A stretch of 63,694 bases of DNA, filler included, from Chrysochromulina tobinii (taxonomy: Eukaryota), in NCBI GenBank assembly GCA_001275005.1. It is 5 parts of 5 records of this genome, joined end to end, with 100 filler letters (N's around TTAATTAATTAA, not from the genome) between each part and the next. Parts side by side here need not be neighbours in the genome. Positions count along the whole stretch, not along the records: positions 1 to 17,095 come from JWZX01000317.1; positions 17,196 to 28,912 come from JWZX01000320.1; 3 more parts are not named here. One strand, 5' to 3'. The notes beneath the pieces were generated by a model. The model had not been told where the DNA came from and made no database searches. It saw only the letters and a list, made by a program, of their open reading frames with translations. The position numbers and the translations under genes are program-made. This document shows positions 11,001 to 21,691 of this stretch, one piece after another (positions within the stretch are counted from its first letter, which is position 1; each line of letters starts with the position of its first letter).

Positions 11001-11343
11001 CCTTGTCGTGATCGTGCAGTGCGCCCGGCATCGTCTCGAGCTGATGCAGCGCCACCAGGCTGATGGCACGGCTCGTGTAGTGCGATGGCTCGTCGGGCTG
11101 CAGCCGGATGGCCATCGAATAGTCATACACAGCACGCACGTGGTCGCCCAGCGCCTGCGCTGAGCTGCCACGGCTCGCGAACACGGCGGCATCCTGGCGC
11201 ACGCCGCGGTCGATGAGTCGGCTAAACTGCTGCACCGCCGCCTCGTGCTGCCCCTTGCGTGCTTGCTGATTGCCGAGCACGAACGGGTCGGCCCAAACCC
11301 GCCTGCCGACATTTTTCCGGAGGTGCTTTGGTGGCGCGAACAT
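8050..11343 (-). CDS. Tetratricopeptide-repeat protein
   Basis: Long ORF with many TPR helices (FASRGS..ALG..AVYDYSMAIRLQP, HYARGFAHKA..AAADF) and an acidic tail. Confidence 0.85.
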   Translation of the reverse strand: MFAPPKHLRKNVGRRVWADPFVLGNQQARKGQHEAAVQQFSRLIDRGVRQDAAVFASRGSSAQALGDHVRAVYDYSMAIRLQPDEPSHYTSRAISLVALHQLETMPGALHDHDKAVALVTGSGAAAALVTPATVAGVYLARGLARETAGRYAESVDDLCHVLGALGAPRGEGDKYDASTTLLASAAEVTGALLRRGMCLRRLGRYDLSLRDLRDVVERSPELAMAHEQLGLCLRERDDESATPPDAEAAEAALATAVRLRPSDANLRVEHARALGALGRLEPAADALAEALQMAPSEPSVSLTYADHLRHVAAEATVPYKQPLAYDAAAGAYALAERVAGLRRDAALERVERLQAAAAKARRAGQPLSLIAQADLADASATAKAMAGLAAAAAHGGGQCYAAQQLWPDAHARYSAALKLCPDKAESRLELATTLYAQGAPRQALVELDVCVTMRPSWAAPRRLRGELHREGGALRLALADFTAALEARDPGPEAPATARRRGAAVSPGDDYVRRGGVSMLLGDPAAALDDFEAAAKAGVPAGVVTVRLQTARAAALRALGRRRRALRLLGIALRHGAEHIVSPYEPTPQEMEERSKPKPKVTAIVSDDEEDVDDDDGGGGGGGGSGSGSGGRRRKGTPEEKAEAAAAVMYQEARRAAEQLEQNALFAAVHVLRGQCLHERRQYAAAVRAYDHALRRAPNDANTRCLRAASHYRAGNLPAALSDARSALAAPSLLPAAPSDASLRADMQQLLGMLLARSEHLWGAVAALSASIHLHQDADGESLYASKSMATGGRGAKGEEADDDEAGGASLARSASVKSRPSAPSHRPAPALAPKDTKLGGSHRAAPALVVVIPSRPSAAAPAAAPEAALVHARTAPALLGGASEARRKAKEEAAREEAAKEASAKAAALPPSGHAYALLQRGITLLLCERAEAAVADLSSALEHKAGWAYAHYARGFAHKACDDLDRAAADFEASRRANGGLRVDYDVVFHVQAGLEMLFDEAGWDPLPSVLTMMSTEDARREEEEPEVPEEEGEEGAEEELEEATAPPTGDDEAYLVDSSAAPPTWHPPPTEWRGRGRVRDVATAEEDEEDEEDQ

Positions 11344-11574
11344 AGGGCTCGCGCTTTGGGGTTCGCCGCGAGCCGGATGGTGGTTTGGGGTCGCCGCGGT
11401 GCGTGCCGAGCGCGGCTTCGAGGCGCGACGGTTGGTGTGCCTCACAGGCTCGAGTCGCGACACAAACTTCAAAGTCGGAACTTACCTCAGTAGAGCGATT
11501 GACGAGCTCAGAGCGGCGCTTTGATTGACGAGTTCATCACGTCTGTCCATAGTGGCGCGGTCACGGAGCCCGAC

Positions 11575-13232
11575 ATGGCACTCTTGGTCGTCGAGCCGTC
11601 GGCGGAGCTCAAGACGATCATCGACAAGACCGCCTCCTTTGTCGCGCGCAACGGCCCCGAGTTCGAAGCGCGCATCAAGAACGAGCAGAACAATGCCAAG
11701 TTCTCTTTTCTGCAGCCCAACGACCCATTCAACCCATACTATCGCGCGAAGATCGTTGAGCTGGGCGGCACCGTCGCGCCTGTCGCCAGCAGCGGCGCTG
11801 CGAGCGCATCCTCAACCTCCGCTGTTACGCAGAGCGCCGCCAAGGTGAACATCAGCAAGAAGCCGACCGTCACTCCCGTCGAGCCACCCAAGCAGTTGTA
11901 CACGGTGGTGCGCCCGCCCGGGGCGTATCCGCTGGACCTCGACGTGATCCAGCTCACCGCGCAGTTCGTGGCCACCAATGGCAAGCCCTTCCTCACCGGC
12001 ATCCTCGACCGCGAGGCGAAGAATCCGCAGTTCGACTTCCTCAAGCCGGGCCACCACTTATTCCAGCACTTCACCAACTTGGTGGACGCCTACGCCAAAT
12101 GCCTCAACCCGAAGCCCGAAGTCACGAGCCACCTGAAGCAGGACGCTGCCGACCCGCTGCGCACGCTGACGCGCATGCAGCAGTTCGCGGCCTTCGTGTG
12201 CGAGCGTGAGCGCGAGAAGCTCACGAAAGAGGAGGCGGCGGCGGAGGAGCGACGCTCTCAGCTGCTAGTCGACTGGCACGACTTCATCGTCGTCGAGACC
12301 ATCGGTTTCGACGACGATGACGACAACACACTCCCCGCGCCGCAGGCGCTCGACACGTCGACGACCGCCGCCGCCGCCGCGCCGCCGGCCGCGGCACCTA
12401 CCACGTCGGCGCCCGCGGGCTTGCTCCTCACGACACACGAGCCAGGAGCCCCCGAGGCCACCCCCGCCCTCATCGAAGGTCCCGAGCCCCCCAGCCAGCC
12501 GCCGTCGGAGCAGCTCGCGGCGTCGCGGCTGCAGGCCGTGCCCGAGCACCTGATTCGCCGCGACTACAAGCCACAGCTGGGGGCCAAGGCACCGACGCTG
12601 CAGTACGCGGTGGACCCCCTCACCGGCCAGCAGGTGCGACTCGAAGAACTCGAAGAGCACATGCGCATCTCGCTCCTCGACCCGAAATGGAAAGAGCAGA
12701 AGGCGGTCGAGGACGAGCGCTCTCGCGGCAGCAACATCGCAGGCGGCGATGACATCGGGCGCAACCTCAAGAATTTCGCCAACCGTCGTACGGATATTTT
12801 CGGCGACAAGGAGGTGGCCATCGGCGAGACGGTCAGCAAGAGTGCCGAGGAAGAGGTCAAAGAGCAGCGCGCACGTGTCATCTGGGACGGGCACACCTCC
12901 TCGATCGCGTCGACGGCCTCGAAGGCCATGCAGGGCATCGACCACAAGCCCGCCGAGACGCATGGTGTCGTAGTCCCGAGTAAGCCGCCGCCGCCGCCGC
13001 CGCCTCCCATGCCGCCGCCGCCGCCGCCTCCCATGCCGCCGCCGCCGCCTCCCATGCCGCCGCCGCCAGGGATGCCGCCGCGTATGCCGCCGCCGCCGCC
13101 AGGGATGCCGCCGCCTGGTATGCCGCCGCCGCCAGGCATAATGCCACCGCCGCCGCCTCCGGGCATGCCGCCGCGCATGCCGCCGCCGCCGCCACCGCCT
13201 GGTATGCCGCCGCCGTCCTTGAAGCCGCCGCT

Positions 13233-13273
<41 letters not shown>

Positions 13274-13332
13274 AGGAGGAGCCGCCGAGCAAAAAGCAGA
13301 AGGCGAACGGCGAAGACGCGGAGGCGAGTTGA
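11575..13332 (+). CDS. SF3A1: Splicing factor 3A subunit 1 (Prp21/SAP114)
   Basis: Two SURP modules (IIDKTASFVARNGPEFE; IQLTAQFVA.NG..F), DWHDFIVVETI, EHMRISLLDPKWKEQK, RRTDIFG, VIWDGH, Pro-rich tail. Confidence 0.95.
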
Positions 13333-13815
13333 GTTCGAGGTGTGGAGCTTGATAAAAGTTGGCGTTAGATGGCGTGGTAGGTGGACCCGTATGGGTCGAC
13401 ACGGCTCCGCGGACGATAGTTAATGTGACGACCCCGTCGATAGGGAGGAGACTCTCCGCCTGTTTTCGTATTTCTTTCATTAGTGTCGGCGGCCGCGAAT
13501 GATAATGATAATGATAAGTATTATTGGTACACAGGCTATCAGATAGTGGCAGCCCCGACTACGGCGCGCCGGCGTTTGCGCCGGTCCGCCCGATGCCTAC
13601 GAACCGGCCCCGACCGCGAACGGCGGAACGGGGCGCGGCCGGTAAGAAACGCTAACGGTGCCCGACCGCGCCGTGGCTCGCGGGCCCCGCGGCTCAGACC
13701 CCCCGCCGGCCTGCAGCCGGCCAAATGCTTGAACTGGCAGCTCTGGCCGCGCGTGCAGCGCCCGCCCATCGAGTGTGGAGGGCGATCCACCTTTCCGCAC
13801 AAAGGCGGACGGCCC

Positions 13816-14721
13816 TCACTTGCGCACAATAAGCGCCTGCGCGATGAGCGCCTGCGCGTCGGCGATGACGGCGTCAGCCTTGCCGGGAGTGGCAAAGACG
13901 CGCGCGCAGAGGATGGGCGTCGCCGAGGGCCCGATGAGCGCGCCGGACACGGCGTCGAGGCCGGGCGCGGCCATGACGGGCCACATGCGCGCGGCGGCTT
14001 GCTTGTAGGACGGCGTGAAGAGCGAGAGGATGAACTCGAGCACTGCGCCGAGGCAGCCGCCGCCGTGCACCTTGTCGCGCAACGCCGAGTGTGCGATGAG
14101 GCCGGGGTTGCAGCCGAAAAAGGCGACCTTGCCCGTGTAGACTTGCTGCGCGGCGAGGTGCAGTACGAGCGCCTCGTTCACGGCGACCGTGTTCAGGTGC
14201 GGCCAGCCAAAGCCAGCCGCCCACTTGTTCTTGGTGGCGTTCAGGTCGTCGAGGTGCGTCTCTTGGCCCTTCTCGGAATGCCCATTGCCGGGCATGCCCC
14301 AGACGAACACGCGTGCGCCGGTCTTGAGCCGCGGCAGGAGCGTATTGAGCGTGGCGATGCGCGAGAGCGCACTCGTCGCCATGTCCGTCTCGAGGCCCTC
14401 GGCCGTCTCCTCGCGCTGGGCTCCCGCGCAGGTGCCCGTGGTAAAGATGACCGTGTCCGGCACGGGTTCGACGCTCGCGCCGAGCGCGGCCGCCGCCTTC
14501 ATCGACGAAGCGTCCGTGGACACAAAGGAGATGCCGGGCACGCCCGCGTCGCGGTAGGTGCGGCCCGCGACGACCACGTTCGCGCCCGCCGTCGCCGCTG
14601 CCTTGGCAAGCGCGCGGCCCAGCCCGCCCGTGCCGCCCACGACGAGCACATTCTTGCCCTTCAGCGCAGACAGCGCCGCGGGCGGGCCAAAGGACACGCC
14701 AGTCGCGCGACGGCCGTACAT
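13816..14721 (-). CDS. Short-chain dehydrogenase/reductase-like Rossmann oxidoreductase (intronless)
   Basis: LKGKNVLVVGGTGGLGRALA, REETAEGLE.DMA.S.LSR, FFGCNPGLI. Confidence 0.85.
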   Translation of the reverse strand: MYGRRATGVSFGPPAALSALKGKNVLVVGGTGGLGRALAKAAATAGANVVVAGRTYRDAGVPGISFVSTDASSMKAAAALGASVEPVPDTVIFTTGTCAGAQREETAEGLETDMATSALSRIATLNTLLPRLKTGARVFVWGMPGNGHSEKGQETHLDDLNATKNKWAAGFGWPHLNTVAVNEALVLHLAAQQVYTGKVAFFGCNPGLIAHSALRDKVHGGGCLGAVLEFILSLFTPSYKQAAARMWPVMAAPGLDAVSGALIGPSATPILCARVFATPGKADAVIADAQALIAQALIVRK

Positions 14722-14933
14722 GGTGCGCGAAACAAAGTGCCGAAGAGCCGAGGACCTCCGAGCTGGAGACCGGTGCTGTTTGTCTCTTTTGACTTCCAAA
14801 TGCCTTGACGTTGGACCTATCTCGCGATGCCTCAAAAGGTCTGGCGATTACTCGTTCTGTCGAACGCGCTGCTCCGAGCGGGTCACATCTCACCTTTAGG
14901 AAACGCCCTTGCTCGGAAAAGCCCTTGCCGAGG

Positions 14934-15902
14934 ATGACCCTCCTCCGTTCGCTTGTGCTCCTCGTGAGCCTCACAAGCTGCCACGGTTTCCGCGTACCGA
15001 TGCCGCCGCGTCCAACACTGCGGTCTCCGCTAGCAGCCTTTTCGGCCGCGAGCACGCCTCCGGAGGCAGCGCTCCTCTCGCTTGCGCCGCTGTTGGCCTT
15101 TGCTCCGGTGTGTATGTAACCCTCTCACTCGATGATGCGCCAGCTGTATGCGCGCTTCTAAGATTTAGCGAGGCTCGAATCTCTCGTGCAGCTTCCCGCG
15201 TTCGCGGACGAAGGCTACTCGCAGCTCTCGTACAACTTTGTGCTCATTCTGTACATCATCTCTTTCCCGGGCATCTACTCGCTGGTCAAGCGCTCCGTCA
15301 AATCCAAGGTGGTGCGCAAGACGTACGAGGTGCCCGGACCCGCGGCCATCGGAGGCCGACCAACGCGCGAGCTCGCTGGCGACATCGTCGGCTACTTCCA
15401 GGCGTATAACTACAAGATCACCGACGCGACGGACGTGATCGTCTTCGAGGGCACTCAAGCGCCGCTCACTGGACGCGCAGCCTTTCTGACCTTTTGCGTC
15501 TTCTTCGCCCTCGCATCGCTCGCGCTTGTGCTGACCATCGTGGAGCAGGTACGCTGCCTCCACACGGCAGCGGCAGCTGCTGCGGAGCAATGACGCTGCA
15601 GTCTCACCCGGATCACGTCATGTGCCGTGCCGTGCTCCTCGCAGGCCAATTTTGGCGGCAACTTTGGCCTCGGGAATTGGTGGTATGCCTCGACGCTTGT
15701 GTCGCCGATTGCGGGCAAGTATTACCTCGACAATGCCGAGCGCACGGACCAGGTGACTGTTAAGATTGTGACCGAGGACGACGAGTCGATCTCCGACGTC
15801 ATTGTGCAGGGCGATGACGAGGAAGTGGAGCGCTTCCAGAAGGCACTCGACTTGCGAGAGAAGGGCATGGTCTACGTGAAGGGCATCTTTGCCGAGAAGT
15901 GA
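14934..15902 (+). CDS. CCB1: Cytochrome b6f heme c assembly factor CCB1, plastid-targeted; exons 14934-15107, 15192-15548, 15645-15902
   Basis: GYSQLSY..PGIYSLVKRSVKSK..RKT, LREKGMVYVKGIF; two GT-AG introns splice in frame; signal peptide followed by Phe-initiated transit peptide. Confidence 0.9.
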
Positions 15903-17095
15903 ACGAGGAGATAAGCGTGGCTATGGAGGCATGGCGTCTTTCTATCGGTGTAACAGCGCGGGCGAGTGGTAGGGCGAGCGGTGTCACGCGCTCGGCGCTG
16001 GCTCCCCATGCGGGCTGCGTGGCTCGACATGATAATGTGAAAAGAGTCGTCACACATCCTGCGTGCCTCCGCTGGAGCGCTTCGCCGACGAGAGCCCCGC
16101 AGTGCGCGCGCCTCTCTGACGCGCTCTCGTCTGTAGTTCTCGCGTCTGTCTTCCGGTCCCGGGTGCCCGGCGCGGTGTCCGCCGCGGGCGGGCGGGACGT
16201 TCATCCTCTGGACGGGCGCGCCGCCGGCGAGAGATTGTGCTTATGTACATGTCTCATGCACGCCGCCATGGGGGACGGGTTGTACGAGCTGAGATGTGTG
16301 TACCGAACGCAACAAGCGCTTGTCCATTCAAACCCTGACGACTGAGGCACGGCACACACGCTCAAAGCCCTCCGGCACATGTCTCTCGAGTTGAGGCCAC
16401 TCTGCAGACTGTTGCGTCACGGCACCAGTCTCCGCCAGAGACTCACTATTGCGCGTCACGCTATCGGCGCTCACGCCGGGGCACGCGAGGCCATCGACCC
16501 GCTGAATTCCCTGGACTTCTCCTTGGATCCCTTGGTTGCCGCTGCCTTGCCGCACAGGAAGGTGCGGAAGTGAGCGGTGCTAGAGGTATCTACAGGCGTC
16601 TCCGTGTAGTAGAGCATGGGTGCTGCGGACGAGGTGCGAACCTGGTGAGTGTGCAATTTGTCAAGCGCAGCGCGGGCGACAATGAGCGCAGCGAAGACTC
16701 GCGCCACAAACCGCGATCCGAATCCGACTCGCGCGTATGCGCTGTATCTTAGGCCCTTCGTACCGGTACTTCGAAGTCGATTTTCCTGTGGGGCTTCGAA
16801 AAACCAGGAGACGTCTGAGTCCGATTTCAAGAACCTATCACACAAGTAGAAGTACCGCGCAACGCAAGGCAAGGGTGGGGATGAACCAGTTACCTAGTTA
16901 ACTGCTTAACAGGCACTAAGTGGCAGTTTTAAAACTGTTACCACTATCCTGGGGACCCTGAAAAAGGCGAGCGCAGCAGCCTTTCCGGGTACTGGCTCGC
17001 ACCCCCTTTAAAGGCGCCCTGAGCGCTTCAGGGTTTTTTGGTCCGTTTTCCCATGGGAAAGTACATGTACTTTGCCGTTCAGCCCGTGCTGTCGT

Positions 17096-17195
17096 NNNNN
17101 NNNNNNNNNNNNNNNNNNNNNNNNNNNNNNNNNNNNNNNTTAATTAATTAANNNNNNNNNNNNNNNNNNNNNNNNNNNNNNNNNNNNNNNNNNNN
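17096..17195. other. Artificial contig spacer
   Basis: N-run, TTAATTAATTAA (stops in six frames), N-run; 100 nt. Confidence 0.99.
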
Positions 17196-17222
17196 GGGGG
17201 GCCCGGGGGGCCCCCCGTACGA

Positions 17223-17262
17223 AAATCGTACGCCCGGCGCCGGGGCGCCGGGCGTACGATTT
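17223..17262. repeat. Perfect 19-bp hairpin near contig start
   Basis: aaatcgtacgcccggcgcc-gg-ggcgccgggcgtacgattt. Confidence 0.9.
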
Positions 17263-17643
17263 CCCCGGCGCGTGAAGCAACTCGGGGAGCCAGGCACGAC
17301 CTTTTCAACTGTGAATAGGTGCTGCTGCTGCTGTTCAACACAACGCGCGCACACGCTCCGGACCCCCAAGCACGAGGGTGCCTTCTCGGAACCGTGTGAG
17401 TTCCAAATTTCGCCTGCGAAAAGACTTGTGAAAAGATTGACGAAATTTTGAATGTAAGATACCGACGGCGATGCAGCTCCTTTATTACATGTGTGTTGTG
17501 TTGAGCGCGGTGGGACCGCGACGAAACTGACTTTCGCACTGCAAAAAGATGACGAATGCAATCTCGGTCAACTCTGGAGTGCCCCAGGAAAAGTGCTGAG
17601 TGCCCGTCCATCGCCTCCGAGCACGTCCATTCAGCGAATTGAT

Positions 17644-17979
17644 ATGGAGGACCAGGACATGCCGCCGCAGCCACTGCTTTACATTCCCACGGGTCTAAGG
17701 CCGCCACCCCCGATCCAAGTGAGCACTCTGTTCGCCGAATCGCCGTCGTGCTCCTCCCCCCTTGACGAGTCCCTCATGGATCGCAAGGCGTCACGCACGA
17801 AGCCCCGAATGCCAATGTCCTCGTCGACGATCAATGCACTGAATGCCGTCAATGAGGACCCGCTCGACAGCTCCCGGTCTTCACCAATCGGGTCGGCGCT
17901 CATGGAGCGACGGGCACAGCGCCAGTCCGCGATGCGCGGAAGAGCGACCCGCATGGAGCTCGAGGACGTTCACAGGTAG
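17644..17979 (+). CDS. Hypothetical Pro/Ser-rich protein or first exon
   Basis: ATG-initiated ORF ending at a possible donor AG|GTAGGT; no family recognised. Confidence 0.35.
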   Translation: MEDQDMPPQPLLYIPTGLRPPPPIQVSTLFAESPSCSSPLDESLMDRKASRTKPRMPMSSSTINALNAVNEDPLDSSRSSPIGSALMERRAQRQSAMRGRATRMELEDVHR

Positions 17980-18178
17980 GTGCCGACTCCATTGGTGCCG
18001 ACTCGCCGTCTCCTGTTTCGATCGTGTGTAGAGTGCATTGTGCGCCCCGTGCGTGCCGTCCATGTGTGGCCGTGCGTGTGTGTGTGTGTGTGTCGTGCAT
18101 GGGCGCCCCCCCCCGCTTGCGTGCCATCCCACCTCGGCGTGGGGTGTGCGAGCTGGTGGCAGGGGTGCTTTGTCCGCG

Positions 18179-18244
18179 TGCCCAGGTTTTCCCACGCGCC
18201 GCCTTGTGCGCCTCCTGCCGCATCTGCTCCTCAGCCGCAAAGGC
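18179..18244 (-). pseudogene. 66-bp inverted copy of part of the neighbouring J-protein gene (19468-19533)
   Basis: Encodes AFAAEEQMRQEAHKAARGKTWA; 61/66 nt identical. Confidence 0.9.
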
Positions 18245-18954
18245 GAGGAGTAATGTGACATAATGACTCCGATAGGGGCATGAGCTGTCGTGTGGGGCAT
18301 GCCACGTCGGCATATGAACTTGCGAAGGCAGGGCATGTGTATGTGTCAGAGGCAAGAGGTCAGGGGCGGGGCCGCGGGCAGACACTGCGCCACCGCGTCA
18401 CCGCGTTACGTTTAGGCTCCGGGGAACCTATCGCTAGGCACGGCCCGCGTGAAGCGCCTTAAGTGAAATTAGCTCCGAATTAAAGCTCCGTAAAAAATAG
18501 AATATTAGAATCTCCGAAAGATTAACGTAAGGGCAAGCGCTGCCATACAGTCCCCCTGTAGTTCATGTCTGCGACTCTACCATGACGGAGAGAGCGAGAG
18601 CTAGACGCGAGCATGACGAGAGAGAATTTCCCATTTGACCATCTGGCCGACTCAGATCGTCGACCGACACACAGCGCGTCGAGTACATTGAACATTCACA
18701 CATCACAGACCGATACTTTCCAGTCATATTCCGGTCGTTCCTGACCGTTCCATTCCGTCAGTTTTGCAAAGCGTGACGACGTAACGGAACTCACAGACCC
18801 CGCGACCCTTCGGCTGCGGGGCTATGTACGTTGCGCACACTTGCCTAATCAGTTTCACCTTGTAACAAAACCACAAGATATCGTCCCTTGGGAAAAAGAA
18901 TGAACGCCAAGCCACCTCGCTTCCACAGCTCTTCGTGGGCCTCTTTTTGGCCAA

Positions 18955-20286
18955 ATGCGTCTCCGAAACGACAAGTTCTCCACGCTGTCGCTCAGTGGAC
19001 GGCCCCGACTGGCCACTTGCTCAGGCCCTATGCCTCAGGCGCGTCCATCTACGGCGACGAGCGTCGATCAAGCAAGTAACCCGTATGCTACGCTCGGAAT
19101 CACCCGGACCGCTTCGCTCGACGAGATCCGAGCAGCGTGGAAGCGCGCCGCTCTCAAGACGCACCCAGACAGGACGTTCGACGACGGCTCGGCCTTCAGA
19201 GCCGTGCAGGCCGCTTACGAGAAGCTCATGAGTTCGGTGAGCTCGGCGAGCTCGGTGAGCAGGTGGGCTGCGCCGCGACCCGCAGAGCCAGCCGACAAGT
19301 GGACGGCGCATCAGCGTGCAGAGCGGCAGCACGCCACGGTGGAACGGCAGAGGAGCGAGCGCCAGCGGCAGGAGCGGGAGCGTGCGGAGGCGGCGCGGGC
19401 GGCCTCGAAGCTCGCCGAGGAGCGCGCGCGCTACTCGGCGCACAAGACGTACGCTGAGCGTGCGCGCGCCTTCGCGGCTGAGGAGCAGATGCGGCGGGAG
19501 GCGCACAAGGCCGCGCGTGGCAAAACCTGGGCGGATCGGCAACAGGAACGGCACCAGGAGCGGTATCGGAGCCGATTCCAGCGCTATGTGGGAAAAGATG
19601 GTCGCGAAGCACCCTCGGAGAACACGTCACAGCAGCCGACGCCCCAAGCGACGCACCGCAGCTCATCCAGTGGCGACTCCGCGAGTACTGGGAGAGGTTG
19701 TGAGATGGGCGAGGAGGACGTTTCCGAAAAGGAGTGGGAAGGAGCGGAGCCGTCGGAGGAGCCGACACGCACGCCGCGCCCCAGCCTCTTCAGCCCCCAC
19801 CATGCCAAACGGTTTGAGCAGCCAATCTCGCCTGACGAGCAGCAGAAGAGGCAGGTGGCGGCGGCGCAAGCCGAAGAAGAAGCGGCTGCGGAGACGACTA
19901 CAGCACAGAGGGTCAGCCCTTCGGAGGGCAGCCGCCCGCCGCCCCGCTACTTCAGCACACGGGCGCGCTGGCACCTCGTGTACCACGAGGATCGGCGCTG
20001 TCTCGGGCTGCTCGCGCACTACGCCAAGCAGCTCTTTGAAGACGACGAAGTTCCGGCGGGACTCGATCCTTGCCCGCGATGCTGCACCACACCTCTGTCG
20101 AGCGCCCGTTTGGCGCGAGGGAGCGCCGGCGGGCCCTGGACGGCGCACAGCCATGCGCAGCGCTCGAAGCTGGCGGCCGAATGCGACGACTGTGAGGATC
20201 TCGACTCCGCGCCGCAGGTGACGGCGAGTTCATTGCAGCAGCAGCAGGTCGCCTCGATGCGCTATGAATCCGTGTATGAGGCATGA
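18955..20286 (+). CDS. J-domain (DnaJ class C) protein; start may be 19030
   Basis: NPYATLGI..ASLDEIRAAWKRAALKTHPDR..F..VQAAYEKL then coiled coil. Confidence 0.85.
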   Translation: MRLRNDKFSTLSLSGRPRLATCSGPMPQARPSTATSVDQASNPYATLGITRTASLDEIRAAWKRAALKTHPDRTFDDGSAFRAVQAAYEKLMSSVSSASSVSRWAAPRPAEPADKWTAHQRAERQHATVERQRSERQRQERERAEAARAASKLAEERARYSAHKTYAERARAFAAEEQMRREAHKAARGKTWADRQQERHQERYRSRFQRYVGKDGREAPSENTSQQPTPQATHRSSSSGDSASTGRGCEMGEEDVSEKEWEGAEPSEEPTRTPRPSLFSPHHAKRFEQPISPDEQQKRQVAAAQAEEEAAAETTTAQRVSPSEGSRPPPRYFSTRARWHLVYHEDRRCLGLLAHYAKQLFEDDEVPAGLDPCPRCCTTPLSSARLARGSAGGPWTAHSHAQRSKLAAECDDCEDLDSAPQVTASSLQQQQVASMRYESVYEA

Positions 20287-20539
20287 GATCCAATTCATGG
20301 TGGGCTTACAATCGTTCAGCACACCCTCAGAGTCATCATGTACAACCCAATGTCATCAGGTCCAACGCCTTGGTAATAATTTTACACAGATGCATGCGAG
20401 ATCGTTACATTTCATCTTATAGATACACTTTTGCGGGCTCCAAGTTGTTTCGTTCGTGGAAGTGGTAAAAATTGTCCTGTAGGCCCCTCTCGCACGGCGA
20501 CGCACTCCGCAGCCGAGCGTTCAGGCCGGACCAGCGCCG

Positions 20540-21493
20540 ATGGCGATGCCCCCTAAAGCCAAGGCGAAGGCACCACCGGGGCCGCCGCCGCCCGAGCACG
20601 AGATGGCTTTCCAGCAAGCCAATTATAGCCGCTCGGGTCAAGTGTCAGCGGGCGAGCTGCTCTGCCACATGTGCGTCGAGTGTGGTGGCTCGCGGCCAGC
20701 GTTCGTGGAGGCCTTCCTGATCATGGACCTCAACGGCGACGGCAAGATCGATTTCCAGGAGTGGTGCGCTATGTATAAGCGCTGCGGTATGCTCGGCCTG
20801 AGAGCCAAGGCCCAGCGGCCAGAGCAGCACTCTCCCGCCGAGATCAAGCAGTTCGACGAGGAAGCGCAGGGTCTACTCCAGCCCAAGATCGATCTGCTCA
20901 AGACGGCGTTCGACGCGCTCGACCTGAACAAGGACGGCAAGGTCTCGAGCCGCGAGCTCGGTGCCTTTCAGATTGTACTCGAACGGCGTTCGCGCCTCGA
21001 GGCCCTGTGGGCAGCCCAGGACGCGGCCGCGGCGGAGGCCGCCGCAGCAGGGGGCGACGCCAAGGATGCCAAGAAGGCCGCGCCGGCGGGGACGGCGGGG
21101 CCCGTGGAGCTCAGCACGGCGAACGTGAAGCTCGACACTCGCGTGATGGCCATGCTCGCGATCGATACCGATGCCGCGCTGCATGATCTGGTCGTGCCCG
21201 ATCTAGAGAAGGCGCAACGGCCCAAGGGGAACCCAGCGCGCCGCGGCGGCGGTGGCGGCGGCGGTGGCGGCGGCGGCGGTGGTGGCGGCGGTGGTGGCGG
21301 CCGCGGCGTGGGCGAAGCGGCGACGGACAAGTCGAGGGCGATGGGCTTCCGTGAGGACAGTGGGTTTCCTGACGACGCGTACACACTCGACTTCGACCGG
21401 TTCAAATCGTTACTGATGCGCCACGCCAAAGCCATCGAGGAGAGCAACGCGGCGGCCGCGGCCGGTGCCAAAAAGGGCAAGAAGAAGAAGTAA
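20540..21493 (+). CDS. EF-hand calcium-binding protein
   Basis: DLNGDGKIDFQE and DLNKDGKVSSRE loops; poly-Gly insert. Confidence 0.85.
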   Translation: MAMPPKAKAKAPPGPPPPEHEMAFQQANYSRSGQVSAGELLCHMCVECGGSRPAFVEAFLIMDLNGDGKIDFQEWCAMYKRCGMLGLRAKAQRPEQHSPAEIKQFDEEAQGLLQPKIDLLKTAFDALDLNKDGKVSSRELGAFQIVLERRSRLEALWAAQDAAAAEAAAAGGDAKDAKKAAPAGTAGPVELSTANVKLDTRVMAMLAIDTDAALHDLVVPDLEKAQRPKGNPARRGGGGGGGGGGGGGGGGGGGRGVGEAATDKSRAMGFREDSGFPDDAYTLDFDRFKSLLMRHAKAIEESNAAAAAGAKKGKKKK

Positions 21494-21691
21494 AAGCGGT
21501 TGCTGGTCTGTTTGTCACTGTCCGGAATGAAAAACATGCTCCACCACCTCATTTTATTATGGGGGCGGTTACACCGAGTGTTCATATGAACATCTTTTGA
21601 CCGCTTTGCGGAATCCACAGGGCCCAAAGCGCATGGAGTCGTGTGGTTGACATCCCACCTCGCCTCGCCGTGGAGAGTGCACACAGACGGC

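Noticed and set aside
12984..13272. (CCG)n expansion
   Set aside because: Encodes the usual Pro-rich SF3A1 tail
15900..17095. Short ORFs and possible element end before the spacer
   Set aside because: No recognisable protein or paired terminus
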